From: Cirrosporium novae-zelandiae
Taxonomy: Eukaryota
Reading direction: 5' to 3'
NCBI GenBank assembly: GCA_026023565.1
Contig: JAPETS010000001.1
Location: 620,001 to 684,000, forward strand
DNA: 64,000 nt
Shown: positions 14,051 through 26,068 of the stretch, piece after piece
Layout of the letters: the number at the start of each line of letters is the position of its first letter
Numbering within the stretch: position 1 is the first letter of the stretch
Translations under genes and position numbers: made by a program
Notes under the pieces: model-generated
Databases searched by the model: none
What the model was told of the DNA's origin: nothing
Seen by the model: the letters and a program-made list of their open reading frames with translations, nothing else

Positions 14051-15228
14051 TCCTTGTGGTCGGGATGGGAAATATCACTCTGCCTCGCATATGCTGTTGC
14101 ACCCGAGTAGACCTGGTCTGGAGTAAACAGGCACTCCAGGCACTCCAGGTACGCTGGAAGCACAGGACACACCCAAGCTACAATGGCCCTTTTGCTCTTA
14201 TTATTATTATTATTTTTATTATTATTATTACTACTACTACTATTATGCTTGGGGGGTAAAATAGCCAGATAGCCAGCTCGAGTCCTTCTCTTACTTTTTG
14301 ACTAATTCAACTCCTTGATGATAATAATATTAAGGCATTCACAGTCCCCCCGCCGGAACGTTTTGTTTGCATCCGTCTTGGGTTCTTCAATTGGAACCGT
14401 TTGGTGCTATTTATCATCGTGTCAAAAGTCCCAACCTTAAGTCCTGCCAATTTCAACGCTCCCTCACTTACCCTACTGCCTCCTACTATCCTGTCGTCTG
14501 CCCTACTGCATTTACATTTACCCTCCACCATTCCCTCGAGAACCATCATTATATCTCACAACCTTTTGAAATAGCACGCTGGACGTTGCAATTGGATTCC
14601 TATACGCCCATTCAGTACAAACAATCAATCCATTGTCTCCCCCCCCCCCCCAAACAATACCTGGACACACACCCTCATTGCTATCCGTACCAGATAATTA
14701 ATTTCTAACCTTAAAATATACGCTATAGAGTCCTTGGTGAGTCTCATATTTCTAGTCAGATCTATTGAAAAAAGAAATTTTCTTCATGGACAAGTTCAGT
14801 AGTACTAAAAAATCATGCTCTTGTCAATAATCACCATCCGATAAATTTTTGTGCTCCACTCGCATTGTTTATTACCGGTCACTAATGTACTATAGGGCTC
14901 TTGCAGTGCATCTGTTATCTCACCGGACGCGCGTGACCCCTACATGTTCCTTCAACGACATATTCACGACCTATCAACTACTTAGATCTCTATTGCAAAA
15001 TATTTAATTGATACATACCGAAAAGCATTCATTGAAGTTGGGTCATTTAACCGAGTCAACTATACCAAAAAAAAAAAAGATAATATTGTCAACTGTACAT
15101 GTTTTGCAATTGTGGCTGATATCAACATCCCTTTATAAATGCACCAAGGCGTCCCGTATTCCATTCTTACATAGACGGGATTGTGACTGAGGACCTGCTA
15201 CGGCAGTGTAAATACCCTTGCAAGAGAG

Positions 15229-17762
15229 ATGCCACGTCTGCAACGGGGGCGGGGACTTGCCGATACTGAAAGAAGATCATCAGTGTCGAACAAGCTTTCG
15301 AGGAGTAACACTATCACGTCCACTACATCGTCTTCACGTCAATTTTCTATTTCCTCTGCTGTTTCCAACTTCCGAAGACCTTCTCACGATGAAAACATGT
15401 CCGCGGATTCACTACCAATAACGACCGAGAAGCGGGAAAATGTGGCCAAATCGATAATAACTCGTGGAAGTCGTATGCTAAAACGCCAGAATAGCAAGTT
15501 CAATCTTTTAACCGCAGATGATTCTGAAAGCTGGGAAAGCTTCAGGAAAGAACATGACGTGACAGAACTATCTCAACGTACCCATAGTCGATCTCGATCC
15601 GCACAAAGTGGTAAGAATATACATCTCAATTGCGGATTCTGGGTGTTAATTATATGATAGATGTCAGTCTGAAAAGAAAGATATCAGAGCCCTTCAACTT
15701 TGTCCATCTGACGCATACGCATCGAGATCACTTTTCCCGACTGGAGGCCGTTTCCCAGAATGAATTGGTGACAGAATTTTCAGCAATAAGAGCTTCACAA
15801 GCTCCACGATGTGAACTCAAGGGCATTAGCGCTGAGAACCTTCATTTTGAAGGATTTTCTACCATGTCGCAGGAATCCATTACCAGTCCTACTGTTGACT
15901 TCGAGTCATCTAGTCGTCGTCCGAGGAGCAACTCCTCCAGTCCCAAAAGTCCACGCACCGTTCCAACTCACCTCGAAACTTCACCCCCAACTAGTCCCCG
16001 CGCCCTGCAAAGATATCGCGCCGTGGAGAATTTCTCTCATCCTAACCGTAACAAGCTAAAGTCTGCTCCTACTATCGTTCCCCCTCCAAGAACTTCATCT
16101 AGGATTGCAACTATCTCTCCGCAACAGCAAATATTTCCGGATGACGAATCGCCCGTATTACCCTCCTTCGATCACCCCCCCAGCATTGATAGTCGGATTC
16201 ACGGCCACCGCTCCAATAATGTCTCTGTACAATCACCACCATTATCAACGGGTTCTCAGGACGATAGTCCTGGTTATTTCCACATTGCACATGCCGTGAC
16301 TACTCCCGACGACAGTGCTTATCTGCTCCACCCTTCGCCCTTCTCCGGGTCGGGCACTGAATTAGCAGACGTTCCTGAAGAGGACGAAAGCGCCAGTGGA
16401 CAGAGAAGTGCTGCGCGGGCCTCTCTAGGACGACGTCCTTCGGCCGTGAGGCCTACACACACCCTTCGACACGCATCTTCTTTCCCTAGTAATTCCATGG
16501 CAAATCCTAGATCTGACGCGCGATTCTCCTTGCAAAACATGTCCTTCCTAGCCGATTCGGTACCTAAACGCGTCTCTAGAAGAGTTCTTGCACCCGCCTT
16601 TGAGGATGAGGAAATCCCCGTTGTTAATACATCGAAACAAAAGAGAATGTCAATCAGGTTGAAATCTATCGATGGCTCTTGGGAAGATGTTATCGATTAC
16701 TCGTATGAACATGCAGCAGAAGCGGATTGTGATTTCGAATGGGACAGAAAGTCATCCGATGGATCTAGAAATTTCTCTGAGCATAACATTCCTGATAATC
16801 TAGCAGTCCCCAACATATCTGTCAAGTATGATGATCAGGATAGTGTTGATCCATTAGCCAAATTTTATTCTGGGCCTCTGACGCAATCTCGGATACAGCG
16901 TATGCGCATGGCTATGCCCGAATTGGAGCCGGGCTCAGCTCTTACGATATCAACCAACAGTCTGGATCTGATAACTCCAAGACAATCCTATAATTCTCAG
17001 CCGGCAAGCAAACTTCATCCATCCAAGAGCTGTGATACACTATCCTACAGCCCATCGCTCCTTATCCCACAAGATTATGCGAATGCCATGTCGCAAGATG
17101 CTATTTATGAAGAGCTACTTGAAGGTGATCACGACGACCATCAATATCAGCTTCTGAATCCCGCCATCGACATGGGTAATTCCCGGTACGACTCGCCACG
17201 CAGTAGTCGATCTGCTCTGAGTAAGCATAATTCTCAAGAAAGTGCTATTCTTTCGCGAGCTGCCGCGATTGTTCGTCATCACAGATCTACTAGCTCTGGT
17301 GGAAGCCTACGAGACCATCATCGTTCAATGAGCTCCGGTGGAAGTGTTCCGGATCTTGTACGCAGCAGTCAAAACAGCGAACAATTTGGGGTTGACTACA
17401 GGCATGTAGGAGACCGTACTTCTTCTAATTTCGATTCACCTCCCGTATCTCCAAGAAGTGGTGCTCCCTTGGAATCCCGGAGGAGGAGCATTGCCAAGGA
17501 TCTTGTAACCGAATCCATGTTGCGAACAGCCTCGAGCTTTGGTAGCATAAATGAGGATGTTTCTGAAGGTCACGAAGAAGAGCCAGTCTCCCCATCACAA
17601 CCTTCTTCGCCCACAAGAGCCGCTCGACCATCGAGTGGAAAACGGATGCGCTCCACCAGCTCTGTTAGTCTTGGGAAGCATCGGCGCTCCTCAACCAACA
17701 GGGTATCATATTCTCTCTTCCCCGTCGCGAACGCGGGGCCTACCTCACCGAAGGCAATATAG
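15229..17762 (+). CDS. CRIB/PBD-motif Ser/Pro-rich protein (putative Cdc42/Rac effector); intron 15611-15660; start codon uncertain
   Basis: CRIB-like KISEPFNFVHLTHT and WEDVIDYSYEHAAEADCDFEW block. GTAAGA...ATAG intron joins ORFs 15229..15657 and 15630..17762. Confidence 0.75.
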
Positions 17763-20700
17763 GATTTCACATTATATTTCCTGGAATTGATGTTGGATTC
17801 CCTTCTTCCCTCTGTTTCTATGCGTGGCCTGGTATGTGGGTGGGAACAGGCTTGGATTTTCTTCTCGGGGAGGAAATAAGGGGATATTTATAAGGGCTTG
17901 TACGATTTATGTCTCTCATTCTGGAAATGTTTCGGGGAGAAAGGCTGTGATAAATACGGCAAAAGTTTTGGGTGGCTTGGTGTCGACTTAATGTTCTCCT
18001 GTTGAACGGGTGATTGGATATTGTGACCAGGCTTTTTGATTTGAGCGAGGTGCACCTGGGTGGGGACTGATCTTAAGTTGACATATAGTGAACTATTCGC
18101 CTTGTGCAAATCTGCACAGCGATAAAGATATCTAGTACGCTGTTAAGCAGACAGCAATCAATCAAACTGTTTTTTAAATACATACCTTTAATTCACGTGC
18201 AATGCTACGACCCTAGCGAAGTGTTAGCTGCAGGTAAGATGAGGCATGTCATTGTACATGCCTGGCACCGTATCATGGTGCTATGCGAGGATGCCCAGTG
18301 GTCCTTGGCAAACACATGCCAAATATGTAAAATCTACAAGTCCGTCAGTAACAAATAATTGGTATTGATCCAGGTGACATTCCACAACGGCATTGGCTGT
18401 TAGTCGATGTACTCTGAGGTCGAATAACTTGGTCTTTGGTTTTCCTCAATTTCTGATGTTTTTCCCTACACCCATACCCACACCCACACCATCTCCTGGT
18501 ATCCACCACCTCCACAAGGCTCATCTCTCTAATCTTATCGATGATGAAACTTTGCCCACAATCCTCTCCACCACAATTCCCTGTTCTCCACCAGCAATTC
18601 CCCAATTCTCCATGTTTGGCTCGGACCCATTCCATTTGCGGGTGACTGAACCTCCCTTCACCAGAGAGCCTCCAGCCTGGTCGGAAATGGCCCAAAATCT
18701 GACCTGCGTGGCCCCTACTACTCCAAATGCATCCATCCTGTTTTGAAATCTGCTCCGAAGAAAGCCTGCCGATCATCTTGTTTCAAGAAGGAAGAACATC
18801 CGGGGGAGGTTTCCCCCTTTACCTGGTGCGCGAATATTTTCTTTTTTGTAAGAGGGCAGGTTGGTTCGGTTTTGCTGGGGACCTTCCCCCTTTCCCCGCA
18901 ATCTCCCACACAGACAAGGCGAGAGGGGATCGAGGAAAAAAGTGTGGGTGAGCTGAACTGAGCTAGCTACTCGACATTCATGAGCCACAAGACATCAAAT
19001 GATGCCTAGGCAATGAAGGCCATTTCTCTCCATGGGAAAATAAAAATATTCCAGAAGAGAAAGCAAGGATGGAGCAACAGACAATAAAAAGAGGTGATTT
19101 TGCCTTTTACTGCTAAAGAGTAGAGTTAAGAGTTAAGAGCTTCATGAGACCGAAGGGAGATGCATGCTAGGAATATATAAAGTTCATTGCTTTGGCCAGC
19201 ACACCGATTCACTACGAAACCGTGCATCGTTATCTTCTCCCGGCCAACCATCGGCCTTTGTATATATTAACAATATCTAGTATCGGAGACCGGCGTCTTC
19301 ACATTTAGTAATGTCTTCATGTTGCAATATTTACTGATTTCTTGGCCAAGGTAACAGTTTTAGGGAATATCTCAGACGGCTCTCATCGCAACCCACCCTC
19401 CATCGCACAACCTTCCAGCAGACTTCCAAACTCTCCTTCCCTCTTCTGAGACAATGTAAACAGGTGGGTTCAAATTCGGTGCTTACAATTGCCCGTTTCG
19501 GGACTAGAATACCAGAACACAAAGTTTTAGCATCTCCAGCAGCACAGATTTCGATAAGCAAAACATTACTCAGCCGCGTGTACGGATTGGTTCTCTGTTC
19601 CTCTAATGCGACGGCTTCAACGAATCCATGAATAAATTCATTAATGACGAAGTTAGATTAAGCTGTCAGCCTCTCAGGCAGGGCAAACAAGGCGATTGCG
19701 CTGCATGGCGTGCCCCCAAATGGGCATGCAGAATCCACAGTTGTCTGTGTTTTGTTGCAGCCGCGGCGGATCCAGATGTGGAGCGTTGGAAAACTCTAAA
19801 AGCTCTGAAGAGGGTTTGAGGAGGCTTGAAGAGGCGTGAAAGGCTTGAGAAAGTTGAAAGGTTTATGAAGCCAAGACCATGGATTATCCACCCTGTGGTC
19901 GAATCTTGTGGGTTTCCGTCATACCGTCAAGCGCTCCCGTTTGAACTATCCCAGTTGACTCAATTGTTTCTGCAAGTTATTCCCGTCTTAGGAGGTATGA
20001 GAGAGAGAGAGGGCGGTGTGCCAAGGTGTGCCCTGATGTGTGATGTGCCTTGATGTGCCCTGAGTTGTGCCCTATCTGTGTTGGGTTATCTGTCGTCATA
20101 ACCCTAGAAATCATGTGATTTAGTTAGTCCTAGGGCAAGGTGTGAGTGGGGGGGGGTGTTGTTCGGAATAAGCTCGGCCACATGTAGGAGTGGGTTTTTT
20201 GACTACAAGATGACGAAGGGGGATAATGATTACAGCATACCATACACAATAGTACATATTTATTAATTATTGTTGTCCAGTAGCACTGTTGAACTATTGG
20301 ACTTGTTGGACTTGGACAATTGAATTTGACAGTGGAGAAAAGCTTTAACAATAGGACGGCCAGGTTTAGCGGCACGTACTATGTCGTAAAGTTTGTAAAG
20401 TTTGTAAAGTTTGTCACTTGTTTGACAAACCTAAGGTTGTTCAGGAAAAGTGTGGGAGAGAATTGCTCGGGTGGGATCTCACCGAGGCCGAAAAGAGATG
20501 ATCTGGTTGGTTCGGTTAAAGGAGAGTGGGAAAGGACTAAGTGAGGCTAACCCCACAACGGGGCTGTTTGGCTTGGAGCTTTGTGGGTTCGTGATATCAG
20601 TGGGAATATCTTGAACCCTGTCGATCATCTGCTTACCCTACAGTACAGTTATCGTCAACCTTCAAGTTTTTGAATCAACTCTCTCTACTTTACTTTTCCC

Positions 20701-21637
20701 TCCCAGCCTCTCATAGCTCTTGATTGCTATCTGTTACCTTTTCTACTAGCTAGTCCCTATCTGCTGTAATGTGGGTGGAACCTTTGACTTGCTGGTATGT
20801 TTCATATTCAACTTATCTACGAGTACCAAGGAATCCGAGAGGGGTGGTTTTGATGTAATGATGAAGGGAAAAACTGGAGAAAACAAGGACACCATGTTAC
20901 CCTCATATGCTGCACGAATGCAGCCTCTTTTTTTTTCTTTTTTTTGAAACAATATTGGGGTCCTATCACCGAGGCTGAAAATGGTGAGATTTAGAGATAT
21001 TCAGGGTTCCGAGTACCAGACATGGTAGAGTAAACGGTTGTCGGGTAAGCTTGTCAAGGATTTGTGTCGGCTATTAAGAAGAAAAAAATTCTTTTCCCCA
21101 ATTGTCAATTCCCAAGGGGTTGAGAGGTCAGAAAAGGTTGTAAATGCCGTAAAAGGTCCAAATCCTTGAACATCCTTGAACATCCCTTCATTCTTACTTC
21201 AATTTCATTCGTTTAAACGAATTTTCAACGGACTGGGACGGGTCAATTGATAGATATCAAAGGAGAATTTAGGGGAATTGATCATCGGTCCAGTGGAAAT
21301 ATGATTGGGACCACCATGACGTCCCAAATCCAACCAGCCTTTCTGGTTCCACAGCTGACAAGGTCTGAACCAAGACATCTTCTCAATATATATATCCCTT
21401 CAATTCCCCCCGCCTTTGAATCTTTTCTTTTTTTCCACCACACTTGTGATACCCTACACTCCCCCGTCTTCCCTGGAGTTGTGTTTGTTTCTTTTTTCCC
21501 TTGCGAATCGCTATCGGTCGAGTCGCTTTCCTCTTCTTTTTGGAATAGCGCTGCTGTGTCTGCGCTTTTCATCCAGGCCTGGTGTTATACACAATACAAA
21601 CAGACCGCATTGCACCTGAGTACACATCGTCGACATC

Positions 21638-23498
21638 ATGGCTCCTCCCAAGTTTGGAGGCCTGAGTGGCCGTCCACTGTCGCTGGCTGTATCGACAGTC
21701 GCAACAACTGGGTTCTTGCTCTTTGGATATGACCGTAAGCGAACCTAAGCTCGTATATTCGTGGAGGTGAATGTGCTAACAATCTGACTGTAGAGGGTGT
21801 CATGTCTGGAATCATTACGGATAAAGATTTCAACAATGTTTTCACTGCTACCAAAAATAACTCCACAATGCAAGGAACGGTAACTGCTATTTATGAAATC
21901 GGTGTGTATAGTTCTGCTCTTTACGCCATTTAGTACTAACAATAATCACAGGTTGCTTGTTTGGTGCCCTCTTTATCTTCGGAGTCGGGGACTGGCTAGG
22001 TCGACGCAAGGCTATGATTCTCGGTGGCATTATCATGATTCTCGGTGTTATTATTCAGGTCACTGCATATCCAGGTCACGTCCCTCTCGCACAATTTATC
22101 GTCGGACGGGTTGTTACTGGAGTTGGCAATGGAATCAACACATCAACAATCCCAACATATCAAGCTGAATGTTCCCATACCACAAACCGAGGTCTTTTGA
22201 TCTGTATTGAGGGTGGTGTCATTGCTTTCGGGACCCTGATTGCTTACTGGATTGACTTTGGTGCAAGTTACGGAAGCCCTGATCTTGTATGGCGATTCCC
22301 AATCGCCTTCCAGTGCATCTTCGGACTCGTGGTCTGCATTGGTGGTGCCTTTCTTCCAGAAAGTCCTCGCTGGCTCTTATCGCGCAACAGGCACGAAGAC
22401 GGAAAGAGAGTGATTGCAGCTCTCGGCGGCTGGGAGGTCACCGACGAGGAAACGAAGCTACAAGAACGCATCATCCTCGACTCTATCGCTGCATCCACCA
22501 CCCTTTCCCCATCCAAGCAAGGCGAGAGGGCTGGTCAAACCCCTCTTTCGGCCCTGTTCACCAACGGTAAAACCCAGCACTTCCGTCGCATGATGCTTGG
22601 TGCTTCGTCGCAATTCATGCAGCAAATTGGCGGTTGCAACGCCGTCATCTACTATTTCCCCATCCTCTTTGAAGACTCCATCACGCCCGGAAACCGCACC
22701 CTGGCCCTCATCCTCGGCGGTGTGAACATGATTGTCTACTCCATCTTCGCTACGGCCTCCTGGTTCCTGATCGAGCGTGTCGGCCGCCGCAAGCTCTTTC
22801 TCTACGGCACCGTGGGCCAAATGACCTCGATGATCATCGTTTTTGGATGTCTCATCCCAGGAGGCCCCCAGAACGCCAAGGGCGCGGCTGTCGGCTTATT
22901 CACCTACATTGCGTCCTTTGGCGCGACATGGCTCCCCCTTCCCTGGCTCTACCCCGCAGAAATCAACCCGATCCGCACCCGCGCAAAAGCCAACGCCGTA
23001 TCCACGTGCTCGAACTGGCTCTTCAACTTTTTAATTGTTATGATCACCCCCATCATGATCACCAACATCAAATGGGGAACCTACCTCTTCTTTGCCGTCG
23101 TCAACGCCTGCTTCCTCCCTGTCATCTACCTCTGGTACCCAGAAACGGCGGGCCGCTCCCTCGAGGAAATCGACATCATCTTCGCCAAGGGCAAAGTCGA
23201 CAACATATCATATGTGCAAGCCGCAAGGGATCTGCCGTTCCTCACGGACGAGGAGATCGATGAGAAGGCTAGGGAATACGGACTCCTGGAGGGCGAAGAT
23301 GAAGCCGGCGAGGAGTTTAGAGCGGATCGACGCGAGAGCTTCAACGCAAGACGGAGCCGGAGCTTGTCCCGAAGAGGCAATAGCCGGGTTGGCGCTAGGA
23401 GCCAGAAGAGGCGAGTCAGCCTGGACGAGAAGGCGGCTGTGGAACAGCAGTCGAGGGGAGACAGCAGCAGTGAAACCGATGTCGAGAAGCAGGCTTAA
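21638..23498 (+). CDS. MFS sugar porter, Stl1-like (glycerol/sugar:H+ symporter); introns 21735-21793, 21902-21951
   Basis: FLLFGYD|QGVMSG, GDWLGRRK, PTYQAEC, WRFPIAFQ, LPESPRWL, QQIGGCN, PWLYPAEI and PETAGRSLEEID sugar-porter motifs; canonical introns restore the frame. Confidence 0.92.
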
Positions 23499-23948
23499 AG
23501 AAACGTCCTGCTTTCCTTTTTCCTTTTTTTTTTTTGATGTCGTCGTTGTCGTTGTTCGAAGAAACGTGATACCCCCCACCAGTTTTTTATTTTCTTTCCC
23601 TACCCATTCAGAGAACTGGGAAAACTTTTTGGGGGCAAAGGGAAGGGAAATAAAGAAAAGCTTTGCTTTGATCGGCATCGCCATGGCCCGTGAGGATTTT
23701 GAGAGAATTGCATTGCATTAATATTGCTATGTGTGTATGTGAAATCCATATTTACTTACACACACACACACATTGCCACATAGGACAATGGGGCATGAAA
23801 TAAAAAAGAGGAAGAAATGAAATATGAAATTTTTTTTGATGATAATGATAATTGTATTTTCTTTCCCCATCTGATTTGAATACATTTTTAGAATAGAGAG
23901 AGAGAAAAAGATTTAATAGAAGATTTTTTGTTTCTTGTGTACACAGTG

Positions 23949-23979
<31 letters not shown>

Positions 23980-24399
23980 CTTTTCCTAAGGAGCCTTTGT
24001 TTTACTTGCCTTTAGATATATACCTACAGTGCCTACCTACCCAACCTACATTATACATACCTATACACGTACACACCCCTTTTATTAATCCAAAATCCAA
24101 ATAATCTAATAAATTTCAGCTTTTTTTATGGTGAGGAATTTTTTTTTTTAGTTGGTAGATAGGTAGATAGTTAGAGTTTTAATAAGATATAGAGAGAGGA
24201 AGAGAGGGAAGGGCCAAAAAAGAAAAGAAAAGAAAAGGGGTATAATTTATTTTGGGTGGTTGGTTGGGATTAAAAAAACGAACAGCTAGCTATACAGCTA
24301 TACAACTATCGTATGTAATATATAATTATGTACATAAATTTATATCTAAGTAAGTAACCAACTAAGTAATTTTGGTTAAGTAAGCTGCCTTTTCATTTT

Positions 24400-25647
24400 T
24401 CAATCGCTATCGTCGTCGTCACTTCCGTATGCCACCAGAGGACCCCCTCCGACGGACGGTTTCGCTATCATGGCTGCTGGACGCCCGGCAGTGGTTTCGG
24501 AGTGGGATTTTAAGGCCAAGAGGGTGGAGGTGGGGAAGAAAGTTGTGGTTGGTTGTTGTTGTTGGTTTTGTTGGCTCGTGGTGGTGGTGGATGCAGGTCC
24601 AGCTTCCAGCAAGCGAGTCTCTTCTGGAGCTTCTAGCTGCTGTTGCTGTTGTTGTGCCTGTACCTGGTGTCTAGCAAAGTAAACCTCATCTGGCGCCTCG
24701 TAGCCATTGAGCCCAAAGCTCCCTTCGATCCTCTTCCTCTTCACAGCCTCAGGATCGCGCCCCTCGATCTCAGCAACGAACTCGGCCGGCAGTGCTCTCC
24801 TGATAGCCTCAGCGGCCTGCTCCTCGATGCGCGAGGCCTCCCTCTTCTGCGCCTGCGGGTTCGGATCCACCGTGGCCCACCGCACGTTGAGGATCTCGTT
24901 GTGGTCCAGAGACTGATGCGCCATGGCCTCCTTTGCGAACTGCGAGTTTGCTTCGTTGGAGTACGTCACGAACGCGACACCCCGGGCTGTGAGGACTCGG
25001 ATTCTTTCTACCTCGCCCCATTCGGCGAAGTGGCGGGCGACGATTTCTTCGATGTCGTCGGTGACGTGGATGCGGCCGACGTAGAGAGTGCGGTTTTGTC
25101 GCATGAAGCTCCCCACGCCGCCCATGTCGTCGCGGTAGTCGCTATGCTTGTCTCGTCCGAAACAGTCTACGTTTGGGTTGAAGAGGTCGTGGATTGTGGG
25201 TAGGCGGTGTAAGTATTCGCATTCTTGACCCCGCGGGCAGATTCCTCGCGCGAAGAAGAGGCAGAAGTAGGAGCCCGTGATGCTGTCAGCGCGTGTGTAG
25301 CCCGTGTCTTTAGAGATGGAGCAGCGGTTCGGGGCATGCGTTTTGGAGAGGTATTTGTCCTCGCGGTCGCCTCCTGACCATTTATTGTACCAGATGTTGA
25401 ATATTGTTCCTGTCTGAGGTGGAGGTTCGCTTTTGATTGTGGATGGGTCGACCTGCGGTCTGGCTGGCCGTTTCTTGCGACGGATTATCTTCTTGGTTTT
25501 TTTGACGGGCGCTGCAACTTCGGTGGATGTTTGAGGTTCTGCAGTTGGAGAATCTGAGTCAGGTCGTGTAAGGGCGACTGAGTCTTCGACTGGTTCTGTG
25601 GAGGAGGATGGCATGGCGGCGGGTATGGACATCTCCACGTCGGCCAT
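24400..25647 (-). CDS. CWC2: Pre-mRNA splicing factor Cwc2 (Torus/CCCH zinc finger + RRM)
   Basis: PPPQTGTIFNIWYNKWSGG, FCLFFARGICPRGQECEYLH, DYRDDMGGVGSF and RRM TLYVGRI...EAMAHQSL. First ATG at 25647. Confidence 0.95.
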   Translation of the reverse strand: MADVEMSIPAAMPSSSTEPVEDSVALTRPDSDSPTAEPQTSTEVAAPVKKTKKIIRRKKRPARPQVDPSTIKSEPPPQTGTIFNIWYNKWSGGDREDKYLSKTHAPNRCSISKDTGYTRADSITGSYFCLFFARGICPRGQECEYLHRLPTIHDLFNPNVDCFGRDKHSDYRDDMGGVGSFMRQNRTLYVGRIHVTDDIEEIVARHFAEWGEVERIRVLTARGVAFVTYSNEANSQFAKEAMAHQSLDHNEILNVRWATVDPNPQAQKREASRIEEQAAEAIRRALPAEFVAEIEGRDPEAVKRKRIEGSFGLNGYEAPDEVYFARHQVQAQQQQQQLEAPEETRLLEAGPASTTTTSQQNQQQQPTTTFFPTSTLLALKSHSETTAGRPAAMIAKPSVGGGPLVAYGSDDDDSD

Positions 25648-26068
25648 GTTGGGAGTGAGACTGCTCGTTGGCAGGAGGATGGATAGTGCTGGTATGTTCA
25701 AATTCAACCGGGAGTCAAGTTGTAGCTTAGAAAATTGTATCGAGAGAGTGAAAAATTCAGGGCTGTCACGAAAATATAAATGTTCTGGTGGAGAGCTGTG
25801 ATTGTTGTGGTTTATGGTTAGTATTTCATAGGTAGCTAAGCATTTGAAGTTGAAAATAATTAAGCAACAGAACTAGACTAAGCCTTATGTGGCGCTAAAT
25901 CGGGTAGTCGATAAATTATCCCCGGCTGCAAATCAAATCCCCGCTTCCACTTTCTTTTATCAAAAGTCTTTTCGCTTCTCCATGTCCTGGTTTGAAGTCC
26001 TGTCGGATCAAGTAGTTTTTAAATCTTCTATTATAATCAAGACCTCTTAGAGAGATAAATTCATCAAG

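Noticed and set aside
18345..18988. Cluster of 60-140-aa ORFs between the CRIB gene and the transporter
   Set aside because: No motif or splice support; cannot be told from chance ORFs.
19095..19120. GCCTTTTAC matching U5 snRNA loop 1
   Set aside because: No closing stem around the loop and no Sm site or other U5 features.
22268..25203. Numerous overlapping and antisense ORFs in the transporter and CWC2
   Set aside because: Expected by-product of high GC3 in the real genes; no motifs.
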